Assembly: GCA_044226325.1 (NCBI GenBank) | Contig: JBGAHG010000033.1 | Location: forward strand, 12,932-76,931 | DNA: 64,000 bases | Reading direction: 5' to 3' | DNA from: Aggregatilineales bacterium | GTDB taxonomy: Bacteria; Chloroflexota; Anaerolineae; Aggregatilineales; Phototrophicaceae | Part shown: positions 37,553 to 48,232 of the stretch, one piece after another | Layout: every line of letters begins with the position of its first letter | Position numbering within the stretch: position 1 is the stretch's first letter | Translations under genes and position numbers: made by a program | The notes under the pieces: model-generated | Databases searched by the model: none | What the model was told of the DNA's origin: nothing | What the model saw: the letters and a program-made list of their open reading frames with translations, nothing else

Positions 37553-39367
37553 TTATTTGTCCTCGTCAATCAGCGCAGCCAGCCGTAACTTAAGTCGCTC
37601 TCGCCGCTTCTGATAAATGTCCTCATCCAATGACCCCATGCGGTAGGTTTCATCCAATTCTGCAATCTGTTGAATCAACCCATCGATTAACTCATCACGG
37701 TTGCGGTTGGCCGTTTCGACAGATGGCGGACGCCGACTGTGCCAGTACAGTACACCTGATATGAATACCACGATCAATCCAGCTACAATCAATACCAGTG
37801 GAATGAGCTGATCTTTGCTTACCACACCAGTCGAAGACGAATTGGCTTGACTGCCACCTTGCACCGCGTAACGGATAGTGTCTTTGGCTTTGAGAGGATT
37901 TGACGTTCCATAAGCCTGATACTGTACGCCGCTGAGTTCCTGTGGACCCAACGATTGCAGTACATCAGATGTAACGTTCGCACCTGGCAAATTCGCCAGC
38001 AGCCGATAAGCACCACTTAGCGCATATGGGACTGATTGCTCGATTTGGATGTTGCCACGATAGGGCAGCGCGTACACCATCTGGAAAATATAACTTTGCC
38101 CGGGTAAAACGGGCGCGGTATCGACGACGCTGTGGCCGTCTGCGCCGATGGTATAACGTGAATTGGTGACATCTGCGCTCATGATCAAGGCGTCAGCAGG
38201 CACCGGAATATCAACGCTTGCATACCGTTGAGCATCCACTGCCACATTAGTCGAATACGCTCGATCCGCACTGTTTCCGATCTGAATAAAGTCGCTGATT
38301 TGCAGATTGTTGCCAATCATTTGCACCTGCGATACCCATGCCAGAATAGTCAGAACGCTGGTATCATCGGTGGTTTCATAGATACTAATTGGCAAATCAA
38401 CTTTGTTGGTTGTCGGATCACCAGCCTTAGCTTCGCTGCCGTAGGCACGTCCATTGTAGGTGGTTGTCACCACGTACTTTTGGTCAGCGCGTATATCGAT
38501 GTTGGCAAAAGCGAATTTGCCATCTGCATCCACAGTCGTATCAGTCGGTGCGGTTGCTCCTTGGGCATTGATCACATACAAGCTGACTTTCAAATCAGCC
38601 GGAACAGTTGCTCCGGCTGTACCGTTCGTCACTTGTCCGCTGACTGCACCGGTTCCAACAGCGGCAGGAGCAGGTGTCACTTCTGGCGTTACAGCAGGTT
38701 CCCGGGTAACTTGCGGTTCGCTGGTCACCAATCCCATATGCATGGCGTTCGTCAGCGTCAATGAGCGTAAATAGGCCGCGAGATCGTTCTTTTGCGTATC
38801 ACTTAAGCTTTTGATGAAAGCATCGGGTAAACCCACCTGTGTGATAAGTTCGGCATCTTTTAGTTTGACGACATTTTCGGCTGAAGGCAGATCGGCGGGT
38901 GTAACCGGATGAGCAGCAGTCAAGGCTGCGCCGGCCTCAATGTTGGTTTGATTGTTATGCAGGGTATATGTATAGAGAGCGACTGCCCATCGCTCATCGT
39001 CATTCAACGCATCTTTCCAGGGAGGCATCTGCTTGGCGAGGTTACCATTGGTGATAGTCTGATACCACCACAGCGGTGTCTGCTCCGCAGACGTTGAGGC
39101 ATCCTTAAAACTAGGGGGAGCAACACCGATTTGATTTTGTCCACTGCCGATCAATTCGCCGTCACCCGCACCACTGAGTCCATGACACTTTGTACAATGC
39201 TCGGCAAAAACGGATGCCCCTACAGCCAAATCTGGCGTTGTGATCGGATATTCAATGCTCGCTGTAGCCGGCGGCATCGTCGCCACGATGGCTGGCTCAC
39301 CCGCCAATCCGCCACATCCTGCTAATAACAACGCTGCGATGATTACCGCGCGACGAAAATAGATCAC
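37553..39367 (-). CDS. Lipoprotein c-type cytochrome with Ig-like domains, C-terminal TM and helical tail
   Basis: Lipobox LAGC; CTKCH and MPPW; VSGQVTNGT carboxypeptidase-regulatory-like domain; TM; RDELI...IAELD...G.LDEDIYQKRRERLK tail. Confidence 0.85.
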   Translation of the reverse strand: MIYFRRAVIIAALLLAGCGGLAGEPAIVATMPPATASIEYPITTPDLAVGASVFAEHCTKCHGLSGAGDGELIGSGQNQIGVAPPSFKDASTSAEQTPLWWYQTITNGNLAKQMPPWKDALNDDERWAVALYTYTLHNNQTNIEAGAALTAAHPVTPADLPSAENVVKLKDAELITQVGLPDAFIKSLSDTQKNDLAAYLRSLTLTNAMHMGLVTSEPQVTREPAVTPEVTPAPAAVGTGAVSGQVTNGTAGATVPADLKVSLYVINAQGATAPTDTTVDADGKFAFANIDIRADQKYVVTTTYNGRAYGSEAKAGDPTTNKVDLPISIYETTDDTSVLTILAWVSQVQMIGNNLQISDFIQIGNSADRAYSTNVAVDAQRYASVDIPVPADALIMSADVTNSRYTIGADGHSVVDTAPVLPGQSYIFQMVYALPYRGNIQIEQSVPYALSGAYRLLANLPGANVTSDVLQSLGPQELSGVQYQAYGTSNPLKAKDTIRYAVQGGSQANSSSTGVVSKDQLIPLVLIVAGLIVVFISGVLYWHSRRPPSVETANRNRDELIDGLIQQIAELDETYRMGSLDEDIYQKRRERLKLRLAALIDEDK

Positions 39368-40377
39368 AGATATGGCTCCAATATGGCTTCGACATCCGCC
39401 AATGTTTCTGCAAATACTAACTTTTCGCGCATGGCGGCAGCACCCGGCACTCCTAAATGATACTTGGTCAACTGTCCACGCAGTTCGAAAATGGTCTGTC
39501 GTTCACCAATTATGCTGGCTTCCACGCTCAACTGTGCATGGCGAATGGCCGCCGCTGCCCGTTCGGCGGCAGTTGGCGCAGGTAACACTTCTCCAGTACG
39601 GATTTCGTGGGCAATCTCGTGGAACAGCCAGGGATTTCCCAGCGCTGCCCGCCCGATCATCACTCCGTCGCAGCCAGTTTCCGCCAGCATTCGTGCCGCG
39701 TCCGCTGCGTTTTTCACATCGCCATTGCCGATGACAGGGATGTTCACAGCTTCCTTCACCCGCCGGATGACATCCCAATCAGCAGTACCCGTAAATCCCT
39801 GCGAAGCTGTGCGACCGTGTACAGCAATAGCCTTCACACCGACCTGCTCTGCAACCCTGGCAAATTCAATGGCGGTGATATGCTCGGGATCAAGCCCGCT
39901 GCGAACCTTGACCGTTACTGGTACGTTGACTGCTTTGACAACCGCTTCCACCACCCAGGTGGCGTTGCAAATGTCGTTAAGCATGGCTGCGCCCGCACCT
40001 TTTTTGATGACTTTGGGAACCCAGCAGCCCATGTTGATGTCCACGATGTCTGCGCCTTCGTCCACCACCAGCCGCGCGGCTTCGGCCATCATGGCTGGAT
40101 CGCTGCCGAATAGCTGCACTGCGAAAGGGCGTTCAGCTTCCGTCCAATCAAACATATTTCGCGATTTTTTGCTCTTGTAATGGATGGCCTGGCTGCTAAT
40201 CAGTTCAGTGCAGACCAAACCACAGTCGCCCATTTCACGGCACATGGTGCGAAAGGCATGGTTGGTCTGTCCTGCCATCGGCGCCAGCGTTAATGGGGAT
40301 TCAATATAAACGTTACCAATCCAAATCGGGCGTAATGCCGTTTGTGGGGGTGCTTCCAATAGATGCGTCATATCCAC
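39364..40377 (-). CDS. dusB: tRNA-dihydrouridine synthase B
   Basis: LAPMAG, VQLFGSDP, DINMGC, VHGRT, VIGNGDV, GVMIGRAALGNPWLF. Confidence 0.9.
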   Translation of the reverse strand: MDMTHLLEAPPQTALRPIWIGNVYIESPLTLAPMAGQTNHAFRTMCREMGDCGLVCTELISSQAIHYKSKKSRNMFDWTEAERPFAVQLFGSDPAMMAEAARLVVDEGADIVDINMGCWVPKVIKKGAGAAMLNDICNATWVVEAVVKAVNVPVTVKVRSGLDPEHITAIEFARVAEQVGVKAIAVHGRTASQGFTGTADWDVIRRVKEAVNIPVIGNGDVKNAADAARMLAETGCDGVMIGRAALGNPWLFHEIAHEIRTGEVLPAPTAAERAAAAIRHAQLSVEASIIGERQTIFELRGQLTKYHLGVPGAAAMREKLVFAETLADVEAILEPYL

Positions 40378-40465
40378 TCAACCAATAAATCAACAATCGC
40401 GCTAATGATGACATTTAGGGGGCGAAATGTCTATGGGTGACTCTCAAGCGGATCGAGGCTGGCGT

Positions 40466-41068
40466 TCAGCCCCATACTTTTTCGCCTACCGGAATCGGGA
40501 AAGATAGCCGATTTTCAGGCGGAGCCAGCGGACATACCCAGCGCGGATTATAGGCACAAGAGGGGTTATAAGCGTAGTTGAAATCCAGCACCATACTGTC
40601 CAGTGTCGTACCCAAATCAGCACCTTTGATGGTGTCATACAAATAACGTCCCGCGCCGTAAGTCGTCTGGCGATTGGTCACATCACCAAACGGCAAGAAC
40701 ACTCCACCGCCGTAGCCGTTGATCCAAAACAAGCTCAATCGACCTGTTCCGGTGGGTATTGTAAAAATCACCTGACCGAAACGACGGTAAGAAAAACGTC
40801 CATCCCCTTCGAGTTCGATGGTTAAGGTTTCTGGCTCGACATTCAAATCGATCTGCGCGTTTACCCGGTAGGCCGGATCATAATCGTAGTATTGCAGACC
40901 GTTGAATGCTGCCTTTTGTTCGTCATCCAACGCGGATTGAGTATGATTGCGGAAAATTTCATCTTTTGTTTTACGGAAAAGTTCGCGTCCGACGGCGGCA
41001 TCTTCTGTCGCGCGAATTTCGCGATACAGTTCAAATATCTTGTGGCGGTAATCCAGTAAATGCAGCAT
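40466..41068 (-). CDS. DUF1684 domain protein
   Basis: FLPFGD.T..TYGAGRYL, LDFNYAYNPSCAYN..WVCPLAPPEN. Confidence 0.9.
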   Translation of the reverse strand: MLHLLDYRHKIFELYREIRATEDAAVGRELFRKTKDEIFRNHTQSALDDEQKAAFNGLQYYDYDPAYRVNAQIDLNVEPETLTIELEGDGRFSYRRFGQVIFTIPTGTGRLSLFWINGYGGGVFLPFGDVTNRQTTYGAGRYLYDTIKGADLGTTLDSMVLDFNYAYNPSCAYNPRWVCPLAPPENRLSFPIPVGEKVWG

Positions 41069-41170
41069 CGTATTCTTTCCTCGAAGCCTGATAACGGTGG
41101 CAAAAGTTTATAGCTGAGGAATTGTCTTAGACCGACCGCATTTGGTTACAAATCAACACTAGGGGGCTGC

Positions 41171-42223
41171 TTATGTCGGGCAGGCCGCAGCATCCCATAT
41201 CTCTATGTCTCCATCTTCAGACGCTGCAATCAGTTGTCGGTTATTCGGAGACCAGTCTAGGGCAATGTTTATTCCTGTATTCGAAAATGAGCACAGAACG
41301 TTTTGGGTATCCGCATCAATAATCTTAAGTTCATTTACACTCTCGCTGCCCACAATGAATTTTGTACCATCTATATTCCATTCAATATGTAACGCGGCGA
41401 AATTAGGGTCGGGGTCTTTCCATGTATTCACGATTTGACCAGTCACGACATCAACAATCGTTGCCTCATGTGCTCCAACGATGAGTTGGTTTCGGCTTGA
41501 CCATGCTATTGAATAGGGCGGAATTGTAAATTCAAATGTGTGTAACGTTTGACCAGTTTCGACATCCAGAATAAAAACAAATGAGTCATCTCCATTGCTG
41601 CACGCGTCAACCCGACAGCCGTTTCCTACACCGACGATTTCCCCGCCATCCAGACTCCAAATGAGTAAAGGGTCTGGAAATATATATTCCTTGGCAGGAA
41701 CTAAAGTCTTCTCAAGAATCCAATCGGATGCTGTTTTATGCCATATCTCGATACTTCCCAAAAGGCCATTAAAGCCAGAAGGTTGATCTTCAACAAGAAT
41801 AGCCAACCTAGCTGAATTTGGATGCCAAGCTACCACATTTGCATATTTATGCTTTGGATATAAGTATGAGGATAAGCTGAACTTATTTGTATTAATATCG
41901 CGTTCCCAAATTTGAACGGTATTATTATGTGAATTGACGACCGCTAAAAGTAAGCTGTCAAAAGACCAACTAATTTTGATGATAGAGCCAGCAGAAGGCG
42001 AAAGAGTCATAATTTGTTGTAGATAATTATTGTATAAATAAGCACCGTCTTCACCAGCTACAGCAATTAAAGTTCCATCCGGACTCCACTGAATATCAGT
42101 GATTTGATCATTCACGTTAATTCGCTCTATCGGTTCTTGAGCCAACGCCGCATCCGATGGGCTGATTAGAAAACCAACTAAAACAAACAGCCCAAGTACG
42201 ATGATTAAGTTTTTGAAAGGCAA
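41171..42223 (-). CDS. Secreted WD40-like beta-propeller protein
   Basis: Signal-like N-terminus; repeated WSPDG/WHPNS/WSPNN...IEIW blades; visibly AT-richer than its neighbours. Confidence 0.8.
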   Translation of the reverse strand: MPFKNLIIVLGLFVLVGFLISPSDAALAQEPIERINVNDQITDIQWSPDGTLIAVAGEDGAYLYNNYLQQIMTLSPSAGSIIKISWSFDSLLLAVVNSHNNTVQIWERDINTNKFSLSSYLYPKHKYANVVAWHPNSARLAILVEDQPSGFNGLLGSIEIWHKTASDWILEKTLVPAKEYIFPDPLLIWSLDGGEIVGVGNGCRVDACSNGDDSFVFILDVETGQTLHTFEFTIPPYSIAWSSRNQLIVGAHEATIVDVVTGQIVNTWKDPDPNFAALHIEWNIDGTKFIVGSESVNELKIIDADTQNVLCSFSNTGINIALDWSPNNRQLIAASEDGDIEIWDAAACPT

Positions 42224-42269
42224 TTGTTTTATCTTTTCTCTGGAATTAGTTTGTATCTAAGTCGCCTAT

Positions 42270-42749
42270 TTACCCTTGCAAGAGCTTGGGCATAACCGCG
42301 TCCATCAAGCGCGAAGTATCTTCAATCGATTGGAAGTCGTCGGCGAAGGACAGCACATCAAGCTGTGGATCGTAGCTCCAGAAGCCCACGGTATCGAATA
42401 AATAACGGATGTAGGTGTAGCAGATGCCAATGACAATCCGTGAGTAAATGCTGTAGGCCATATAGGGGAAAAAGAGAATTACACCTCGATCATGAATATA
42501 CATGACGATACCCAAATCACTATTCGGGTAGTGGAGTTCTACGTCATGTCCCGGCCCACGCATGGGTATGAGTGTTGGATCAAGCCTGAGCATCAGTCGT
42601 GCCAAACTTTTTTGTCGGATTTTCTTGACCGGCCAGAAGGCTTCCGGTTGGTCGTTGCTCTGCCCATTTTGAAATAACCATTCCAACATAGCTGGAGTCA
42701 TTTGACCTGTTTTGGGAGCATAGAGGTGAATTTCGTAGATCATGAACAC
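42270..42749 (-). CDS. Hypothetical protein
   Basis: 159-aa ORF, aromatic-rich, globular-looking. Confidence 0.7.
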   Translation of the reverse strand: MFMIYEIHLYAPKTGQMTPAMLEWLFQNGQSNDQPEAFWPVKKIRQKSLARLMLRLDPTLIPMRGPGHDVELHYPNSDLGIVMYIHDRGVILFFPYMAYSIYSRIVIGICYTYIRYLFDTVGFWSYDPQLDVLSFADDFQSIEDTSRLMDAVMPKLLQG

Positions 42750-42881
42750 CCGTCATTTGGTTCTCAACATTATGTTACCAGTTTAAGGTGTAACAGGCAG
42801 AGGATGCAACCGGATTTCTAAAGGGTCGGTATCCGGATGATGGGGAAATCGTACTATCTTGGTAAGAGAATGAGCAGGAGA

Positions 42882-42910
42882 GAGGAACACAGCTTATGCT
42901 ATGTCCCCTG
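42882..42910 (-). repeat. Degenerate REP of the 4416/24049 family
   Basis: Reverse complement reads cAGGGGACATAGC-ataa-GCTGTGTTCCT. Confidence 0.55.
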
Positions 42911-42920
42911 ATAATGGGAA

Positions 42921-43817
42921 TTACTGGATCATGCCCACGTAGCCATCACCAATGCCGATGACGGCGTATACTAAGGACTGCGTACCGGATTTGACGACAC
43001 CTGCTACGTATATTCTGGTAGACGCGGTGACCTGTTTATTGTTCACACCTGTCCCGTAGGTCACAGCCTGAAAGGCATAGCCCTGATTGGATGTGACGGC
43101 CTCTAGCGCAATCGTGTTCAGTCCGGGATAGACAGCATGAATCATATTGAGGGCATCAGTGGCGTTGGCAGCTGCGCCGGGCATATATACCGAATAGACA
43201 CCGGATGACGCGCTGGTGAGATAGAGGTTCAGGTTATCCATTGAGATGGTGCAGTTGGGATTATTGGTGCAATCGCCAATGGCAGTCATCCCCAGGCCGC
43301 TCTTGAATAAGCCCCAATAACTACCACCTGCCGCAGTAGCAAAGGCAGTGATGTAGGATTGTACGCTATCGGGTAGTTTGGCGACGAAGGCATCCCACTT
43401 GGCCGAGGAACTGCTTCCGTCAAGTGTTCCTGTATAGAGGAAGTCATAGGATGTACCTAGATAGGTGGAGGCAAAACTGTTAATTACAGTAGTGGCCTCT
43501 TCAGACGAACCCGGGACTGATAGGGTGCCGCGTGGTGTTAATGTCAGGTTGAGTGGAACGCTGAAAGTGGCTATCGGTGTACGTGTACTTGGTGCTCCCC
43601 CAGTTGTACTCCCTGAATTTGGTCGCTGACGTGTAGGTTGGGCAGCGTTGGGCGTGACAATTGGAGTGCGGTTCGCACTTGAACCGGAGCGGTCAAGTGT
43701 TGCGGCGGGCGTCGGACGACCCGGACGTTGGGCGGCGACCGGTGTTGTTATGGCGGCTAGGGTTAGGGCAAACACAATCACACATCCGCTGACCGACAAT
43801 AATGAACTGCGCTTCAT
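42921..43817 (-). CDS. Secreted hypothetical protein with a Pro/Thr/Arg-rich N-terminal linker
   Basis: Signal peptide ending VAAQ, low-complexity linker, globular C-terminal domain with a Cys pair. Confidence 0.75.
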   Translation of the reverse strand: MKRSSLLSVSGCVIVFALTLAAITTPVAAQRPGRPTPAATLDRSGSSANRTPIVTPNAAQPTRQRPNSGSTTGGAPSTRTPIATFSVPLNLTLTPRGTLSVPGSSEEATTVINSFASTYLGTSYDFLYTGTLDGSSSSAKWDAFVAKLPDSVQSYITAFATAAGGSYWGLFKSGLGMTAIGDCTNNPNCTISMDNLNLYLTSASSGVYSVYMPGAAANATDALNMIHAVYPGLNTIALEAVTSNQGYAFQAVTYGTGVNNKQVTASTRIYVAGVVKSGTQSLVYAVIGIGDGYVGMIQ

Positions 43818-43925
43818 AACAAAGGTTCCTTCGATAACGAGGATAAGGTTGTGACTTAGTTTAAAAGGCAGTTGTAAAGAATGTGTTGCCTGCGTGAAAT
43901 TGTTCTGTAAAGTTGTCGATATTGC

Positions 43926-44222
43926 TTATGAAGCTTCGGCTAAGGCCGGTGAGCGTAACATTGAACTTAAACGAGAACCTTCGGGCTTCATGGCTTCTTC
44001 TTCGACGTCGGCACTGAAAGCGGGCGTCTTGACTTTTGCTTCCATCACAATAATCTTGCGATCAATGCACCAATTCAAACCCATCATGAAAGCCGTATCT
44101 GAAATACCCAATGCATCCTTAACTTCTTGTAAGCTGGACGCATAAAAATCAGGCTGGTGCTTCATGTAGTCGCAAATGAGTCGTGCGTAATAGGAAGGAC
44201 GTTGGGTTGGGGCAGCGCTCAT
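43926..44222 (-). CDS. Small hypothetical protein, possible winged-helix
   Basis: SD GAGGAG; SLQEVKDALGISDTAFMMGLNWCIDRKII resembles an HTH plus wing. Confidence 0.6.
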   Translation of the reverse strand: MSAAPTQRPSYYARLICDYMKHQPDFYASSLQEVKDALGISDTAFMMGLNWCIDRKIIVMEAKVKTPAFSADVEEEAMKPEGSRLSSMLRSPALAEAS

Positions 44223-44272
44223 AGTGTGGCTCCTCAATAAATGCTACGATGAACGATTATTGTTCAACTTAG

Positions 44273-44292
44273 TTTAGGACGAAAGTCCTATA
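44273..44292. promoter_or_regulatory. Palindromic operator resembling NarL/DosR-type boxes
   Basis: TT-TAGGAC-GAAA-GTCCTA-TA in the divergent intergenic region. Confidence 0.45.
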
Positions 44293-44454
44293 AATAGAGG
44301 ATATACGATCTTTCACAACGCTGAATTAAGGTTTTGTTCGATCCTGCTGCTATTACGAAATTTTCATAATTGGAACATCCGTCATGCCCCTCGCTAAGTG
44401 CGGGGCAAATCTTTATAATAAACTGTCTTGATGTTGACCGAAAAAGGCATTGAT

Positions 44455-47400
44455 ATGGCGAAACCTCTTAACTTCCAACAAGTCATCATGAAGCTCCATA
44501 ATTTTTGGGCGGATCAAGGCTGCTTGATCTGGAATCCCTATAATGTGCAGGTTGGGGCAGGTACGGGTAATCCGGCAACGCTGCTGCGTGTGTTGGGGCC
44601 AGAACCCTGGCGAACCGCATATGTCGAGCCTAGTGTGCGTCCGGATGATGGTCGTTACGGCGAGAACCCGAATCGGATGCAGTATTACTTCCAATATCAG
44701 GTCATCCTGAAGCCTGATCCCGGAAACCCTCAGGAGCTTTATCTGCAATCGTTGGAAGCCTTAGGTATCAGCCAGCGTGAACATGATATCCGTTTTGTAG
44801 AGGACAACTGGGAAAGTCCGGCCCTCGGTGCGTGGGGGTTGGGTTGGGAAGTGTGGTTGGATGGGCAGGAAATCACCCAATTCACGTACTTCCAACAGGC
44901 GGGCGGTATCGAACTGGAACCGGTGAGTGTTGAGATCACTTACGGGTTGGAACGTATCGTTCTCGCACTGCAAGACAAGAATGCAGCCTGGGATATTGAT
45001 TGGCTGCCGGGTCTGACCTACGGGGATGTTTTCCTGCAAAGCGAAATCGAACATTGTAAGTATTACTTCGAAATCGCAGATGTGGAAGCACTCAAAGATG
45101 TTTACGACAACTACGAGAGCGAAAACAAGCGGGCATTGGAGGCCGGGGCAATTATTCCAGCCTACGATTACGTGTTGAAGTGCAGCCACCTCTTTAACGT
45201 GTTGGATGCTCGGGGGGCGATTGGGGTGACCGAGCGCGCTTACTTCTTCCAGCGGATGCGTGGAATGACGCGAGACGTGGCGAAAGCTTTTGCAACACAA
45301 AGGGAAACCCTGGGTTATCCATTCTTGAAGACGGAAAAGGGCTGGGGTGCGCCAGCGCTGCAATCCGCCACTGCGATGCCGAAGATTATCTCCAGCCAAC
45401 CTGCCGATTTCTTACTGGAAATTGGGGTGGAGGAACTGCCCGCCGACGATGTGGATGCGGCGCAGGAACAACTGGAAGATTTGGCTTTAGGCTTATTTGA
45501 ACGGCTGCGCTTAGCGCCTCCACAGGGTGTGATGGTTTACAGCACCCCACGCCGTCTGGTGTTGGCCGCGTGGCAAGTGCCGCCAAATCAACCGGATGAG
45601 GAGCGCGTCGAGCGTGGGCCAGCCGCCAATCGTGCGTTTGATGCCGATGGGAAGCCGACTAAAGCGGCTGAAGGTTTCGCGCGTGGTAAGGGCGTCAAGG
45701 TTGAGGATTTGAAGGTTGAGGAAATCGATGGCGGGCAGTATGTGACCGCCCATGTGAAGGCTGTAGGGCGTCCAGCCGTCGAAGTGCTGGCGGAAGAACT
45801 GCCCAAGCTGATCGCCAGTATCAAGTTTGGGAAGACAATGCGTTGGAACAGCACCCGGATCGCGTTCTCGCGGCCTATTCGCTGGATAACGGCGCTGCTA
45901 GGCGATACGGTGGTGCCTTTTGAATATGCGGGTGTCGCCAGCGGGAATGCTACACATGGTATCCGCCCCTATGGTTCGCCTGAAAGCACTGTGACCAGCT
46001 TACAAGGTTACTTCGATGCGCTGAAAAATCAAGGCGTGGTGCTAAACCACGAACTGCGGCGCGAAGCGGTGATCGAGCAGATCAACAAGGTGGCGGCCAG
46101 TGTAAAGGGACGCATACCCGAAAACGCATCGTTGATTGATGAGGTCACCAATTTGATTGAAGCGCCAACCGCGCTGCTGGGCAAGTTCGATGAAAAGTAT
46201 CTGGAACTGCCGCGCGAAGTGCTAGTGATGGTGATGGCGAAGAAGCAGCGCTACTTCCCGATTGAGGATAAAGAGGGCAAGCTGCTGCCGTATTTTGTGA
46301 CGGTGCGGAATGGCGATGCTGAACATCTGGATAAGGTGGCACACGGTAATGAGCAAGTCCTCAAGGCACGTTTTTACGATGCGTCCTTCTTCTATTCACA
46401 GGACACCAAAAAGAAGCTGGTAGAGTTTCTGCCCCGTTTAGCGACCCTGACATTCCAAGAGAAGCTGGGTTCGATGCGTGATAAGAATGAGCGCGTCGTG
46501 CAGTTGGTTGAACCCATCGGCAAGCTGTTGAAAGCGGGCGGAAATGAAGTTGAAACGGCACAGGCCGCGGCCCGTATGCTGAAAGCTGATCTGGCGACCC
46601 AGATGGTGGTCGAGATGACCGATTTGCAAGGGACGATGGGACGTGAATATGCGCGACTGAGCGGACAACCGGAAGACGTCGCCAATGCAATTTATGAACA
46701 TTGGCTGCCCAAGAGTGCGAACGGTGATTTGCCCAAGAGCGAAGCCGGTACGATCCTGGCGCTGGCTGACCGGCTGGATAGTTTGGTGGGCCTGTTCGCG
46801 GTGGGGCTGGCTCCCAAGTCTACGAGTGATCCTTATGCGCTGCGGCGGGCGGCGTTGGGCATCATCCAAATTCTGGTGAGCAAGGAACTGGATGTTGACC
46901 TGAACAGAGCGATTGAACTGGCTGCTGCCGTGCAGCCGGTGAAAGTCAGCGCGGCGACCAAGACCGAGGTGCTAGACTTCATCGGTGGGCGGCTGCGCGC
47001 ATGGGTGGAAGAACAGGATTGGCCGCGTGATGTGATCACGGCTGTACTGGCTGAGCAAAGTGTTAATCCTTACCGTGCCTTGAAAGGCATCGTGCAGTTG
47101 AGTGAGTGGGTGAAGCGCGGTAATTGGGAACACCTGCTGGATGGGTTTGCGCGCTGCGTCCGCATCACCCGCGCCGAGAAAGCACGGTTTGGCGTGAATA
47201 CGGACCTGCTGGGTGAAGGCGAAGAAAAGCACCTGTATTCGGTCTATACGGCGGCATGGTCGCGGTTACAACCGAAAGATAATGTGGACGCCTTCCTGAG
47301 TGCCTTCGAGCCAATGCTGCCTGCCATCACTGATTTCTTTAACAAGGTGATGGTGAACGTAGAGGACGAAGCGGTGCGGCATAACCGTTTAGGGCTGCTT

Positions 47401-47460
47401 CAGTCGATTAGCGCGATGCAGAATGGGCGCGCGGACTTAAGCCATCTCAGCGGGTTCTAG
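44455..47460 (+). CDS. glyQS: Glycine-tRNA ligase, fused alpha and beta subunits
   Basis: Alpha: [41 protein letters not shown]. Beta: [37 protein letters not shown]. Confidence 0.97.
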   Translation: MAKPLNFQQVIMKLHNFWADQGCLIWNPYNVQVGAGTGNPATLLRVLGPEPWRTAYVEPSVRPDDGRYGENPNRMQYYFQYQVILKPDPGNPQELYLQSLEALGISQREHDIRFVEDNWESPALGAWGLGWEVWLDGQEITQFTYFQQAGGIELEPVSVEITYGLERIVLALQDKNAAWDIDWLPGLTYGDVFLQSEIEHCKYYFEIADVEALKDVYDNYESENKRALEAGAIIPAYDYVLKCSHLFNVLDARGAIGVTERAYFFQRMRGMTRDVAKAFATQRETLGYPFLKTEKGWGAPALQSATAMPKIISSQPADFLLEIGVEELPADDVDAAQEQLEDLALGLFERLRLAPPQGVMVYSTPRRLVLAAWQVPPNQPDEERVERGPAANRAFDADGKPTKAAEGFARGKGVKVEDLKVEEIDGGQYVTAHVKAVGRPAVEVLAEELPKLIASIKFGKTMRWNSTRIAFSRPIRWITALLGDTVVPFEYAGVASGNATHGIRPYGSPESTVTSLQGYFDALKNQGVVLNHELRREAVIEQINKVAASVKGRIPENASLIDEVTNLIEAPTALLGKFDEKYLELPREVLVMVMAKKQRYFPIEDKEGKLLPYFVTVRNGDAEHLDKVAHGNEQVLKARFYDASFFYSQDTKKKLVEFLPRLATLTFQEKLGSMRDKNERVVQLVEPIGKLLKAGGNEVETAQAAARMLKADLATQMVVEMTDLQGTMGREYARLSGQPEDVANAIYEHWLPKSANGDLPKSEAGTILALADRLDSLVGLFAVGLAPKSTSDPYALRRAALGIIQILVSKELDVDLNRAIELAAAVQPVKVSAATKTEVLDFIGGRLRAWVEEQDWPRDVITAVLAEQSVNPYRALKGIVQLSEWVKRGNWEHLLDGFARCVRITRAEKARFGVNTDLLGEGEEKHLYSVYTAAWSRLQPKDNVDAFLSAFEPMLPAITDFFNKVMVNVEDEAVRHNRLGLLQSISAMQNGRADLSHLSGF

Positions 47461-47487
47461 AAAAACCCTGAGTACCCGATTTTGATC

Positions 47488-47518
47488 AAGAGGCGACTCC
47501 TAAGTGGGTCGCCTTTTT
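47488..47518 (+). terminator. Rho-independent terminator after glyQS
   Basis: AAGAGGCGAC-tcctaagtgg-GTCGCCTTTTT. Confidence 0.8.
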
Positions 47519-47782
47519 ATGTGCGTAAACTGCAAAATGTGCAATTTTACCGCTGAATTGACAGGCGGGAAGCACGGGAGAAACCGCTGAATTAACAATT
47601 TTGCACGGCGGCTGTTCCGGCTAATGCCACTGAAATGGCACAGGTTTGGCGGATGGGTTGCCTGATGCCACCGCCGAATGCCGGTTCAGCGGATAGGTGG
47701 GAGTGATCTGCCGAAGCTGCAAAATCGAATGCCAATATGATAAACCAAAGCAGCCGGTAAGGGCGAGGAAATCGAATACAAA

Positions 47783-48172
47783 TTAGGAACTCCATTCTGC
47801 ATTTTGGAGGACGACGCGGTAACCATCGGCATCTTCGAAAGTTTTGCCCTGTTTATCCCAATAGGGATTGAAAGATGGAACCGGCGACAAGCCGTGCTGA
47901 GTCATACGGTCAACGGCTTGCCGCCATTGGGTCGCATCGGGCATATAAAGTACGAGTAAATTGTCCTGTGTAGGGGCACGTCCGGCGGTGTGGCCGTGTT
48001 TGACGGTAAATTCGAAATGATAGGGTGCGTCGGGATGGCCGAGCATGATACCGTCGAAACCTTCGTGATTTTCAAATGAGGCAATGACTTCGAAGCCGAG
48101 TCCGTCACGATAAAAACGGATAATGTCGGGCATATGGTCGGTAGGACGGGCGACGCGTAGATGAGGGTGCAT
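47783..48172 (-). CDS. VOC/glyoxalase family protein (YycE-like)
   Basis: LRVARPT, FYRDGLG, HFEFT, NLLVLY, NPYW..G.TFEDADGYRVVL. Confidence 0.88.
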   Translation of the reverse strand: MHPHLRVARPTDHMPDIIRFYRDGLGFEVIASFENHEGFDGIMLGHPDAPYHFEFTVKHGHTAGRAPTQDNLLVLYMPDATQWRQAVDRMTQHGLSPVPSFNPYWDKQGKTFEDADGYRVVLQNAEWSS

Positions 48173-48232
48173 AGGGTATCTCCAAATTAGGCGTTATTCA
48201 CCACAGAGACGCAGCGTTTTAGAGTCAGTCAT

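Noticed and set aside
44240-44454. T-box riboswitch upstream of glyQS
   Set aside because: No GGTGG.ACC T-box sequence or terminator/antiterminator pair is visible, and the region is short and shared with a divergent gene.
44455-47460. GlyQ-GlyS fusion as a novelty
   Set aside because: Fused alpha-beta GlyRS is already known in several lineages.
47549-47795. 11-bp direct repeat ACCGCTGAATT and the 67-aa ORF after glyQS
   Set aside because: Only two copies with no element between them, and the ORF lacks recognisable features.
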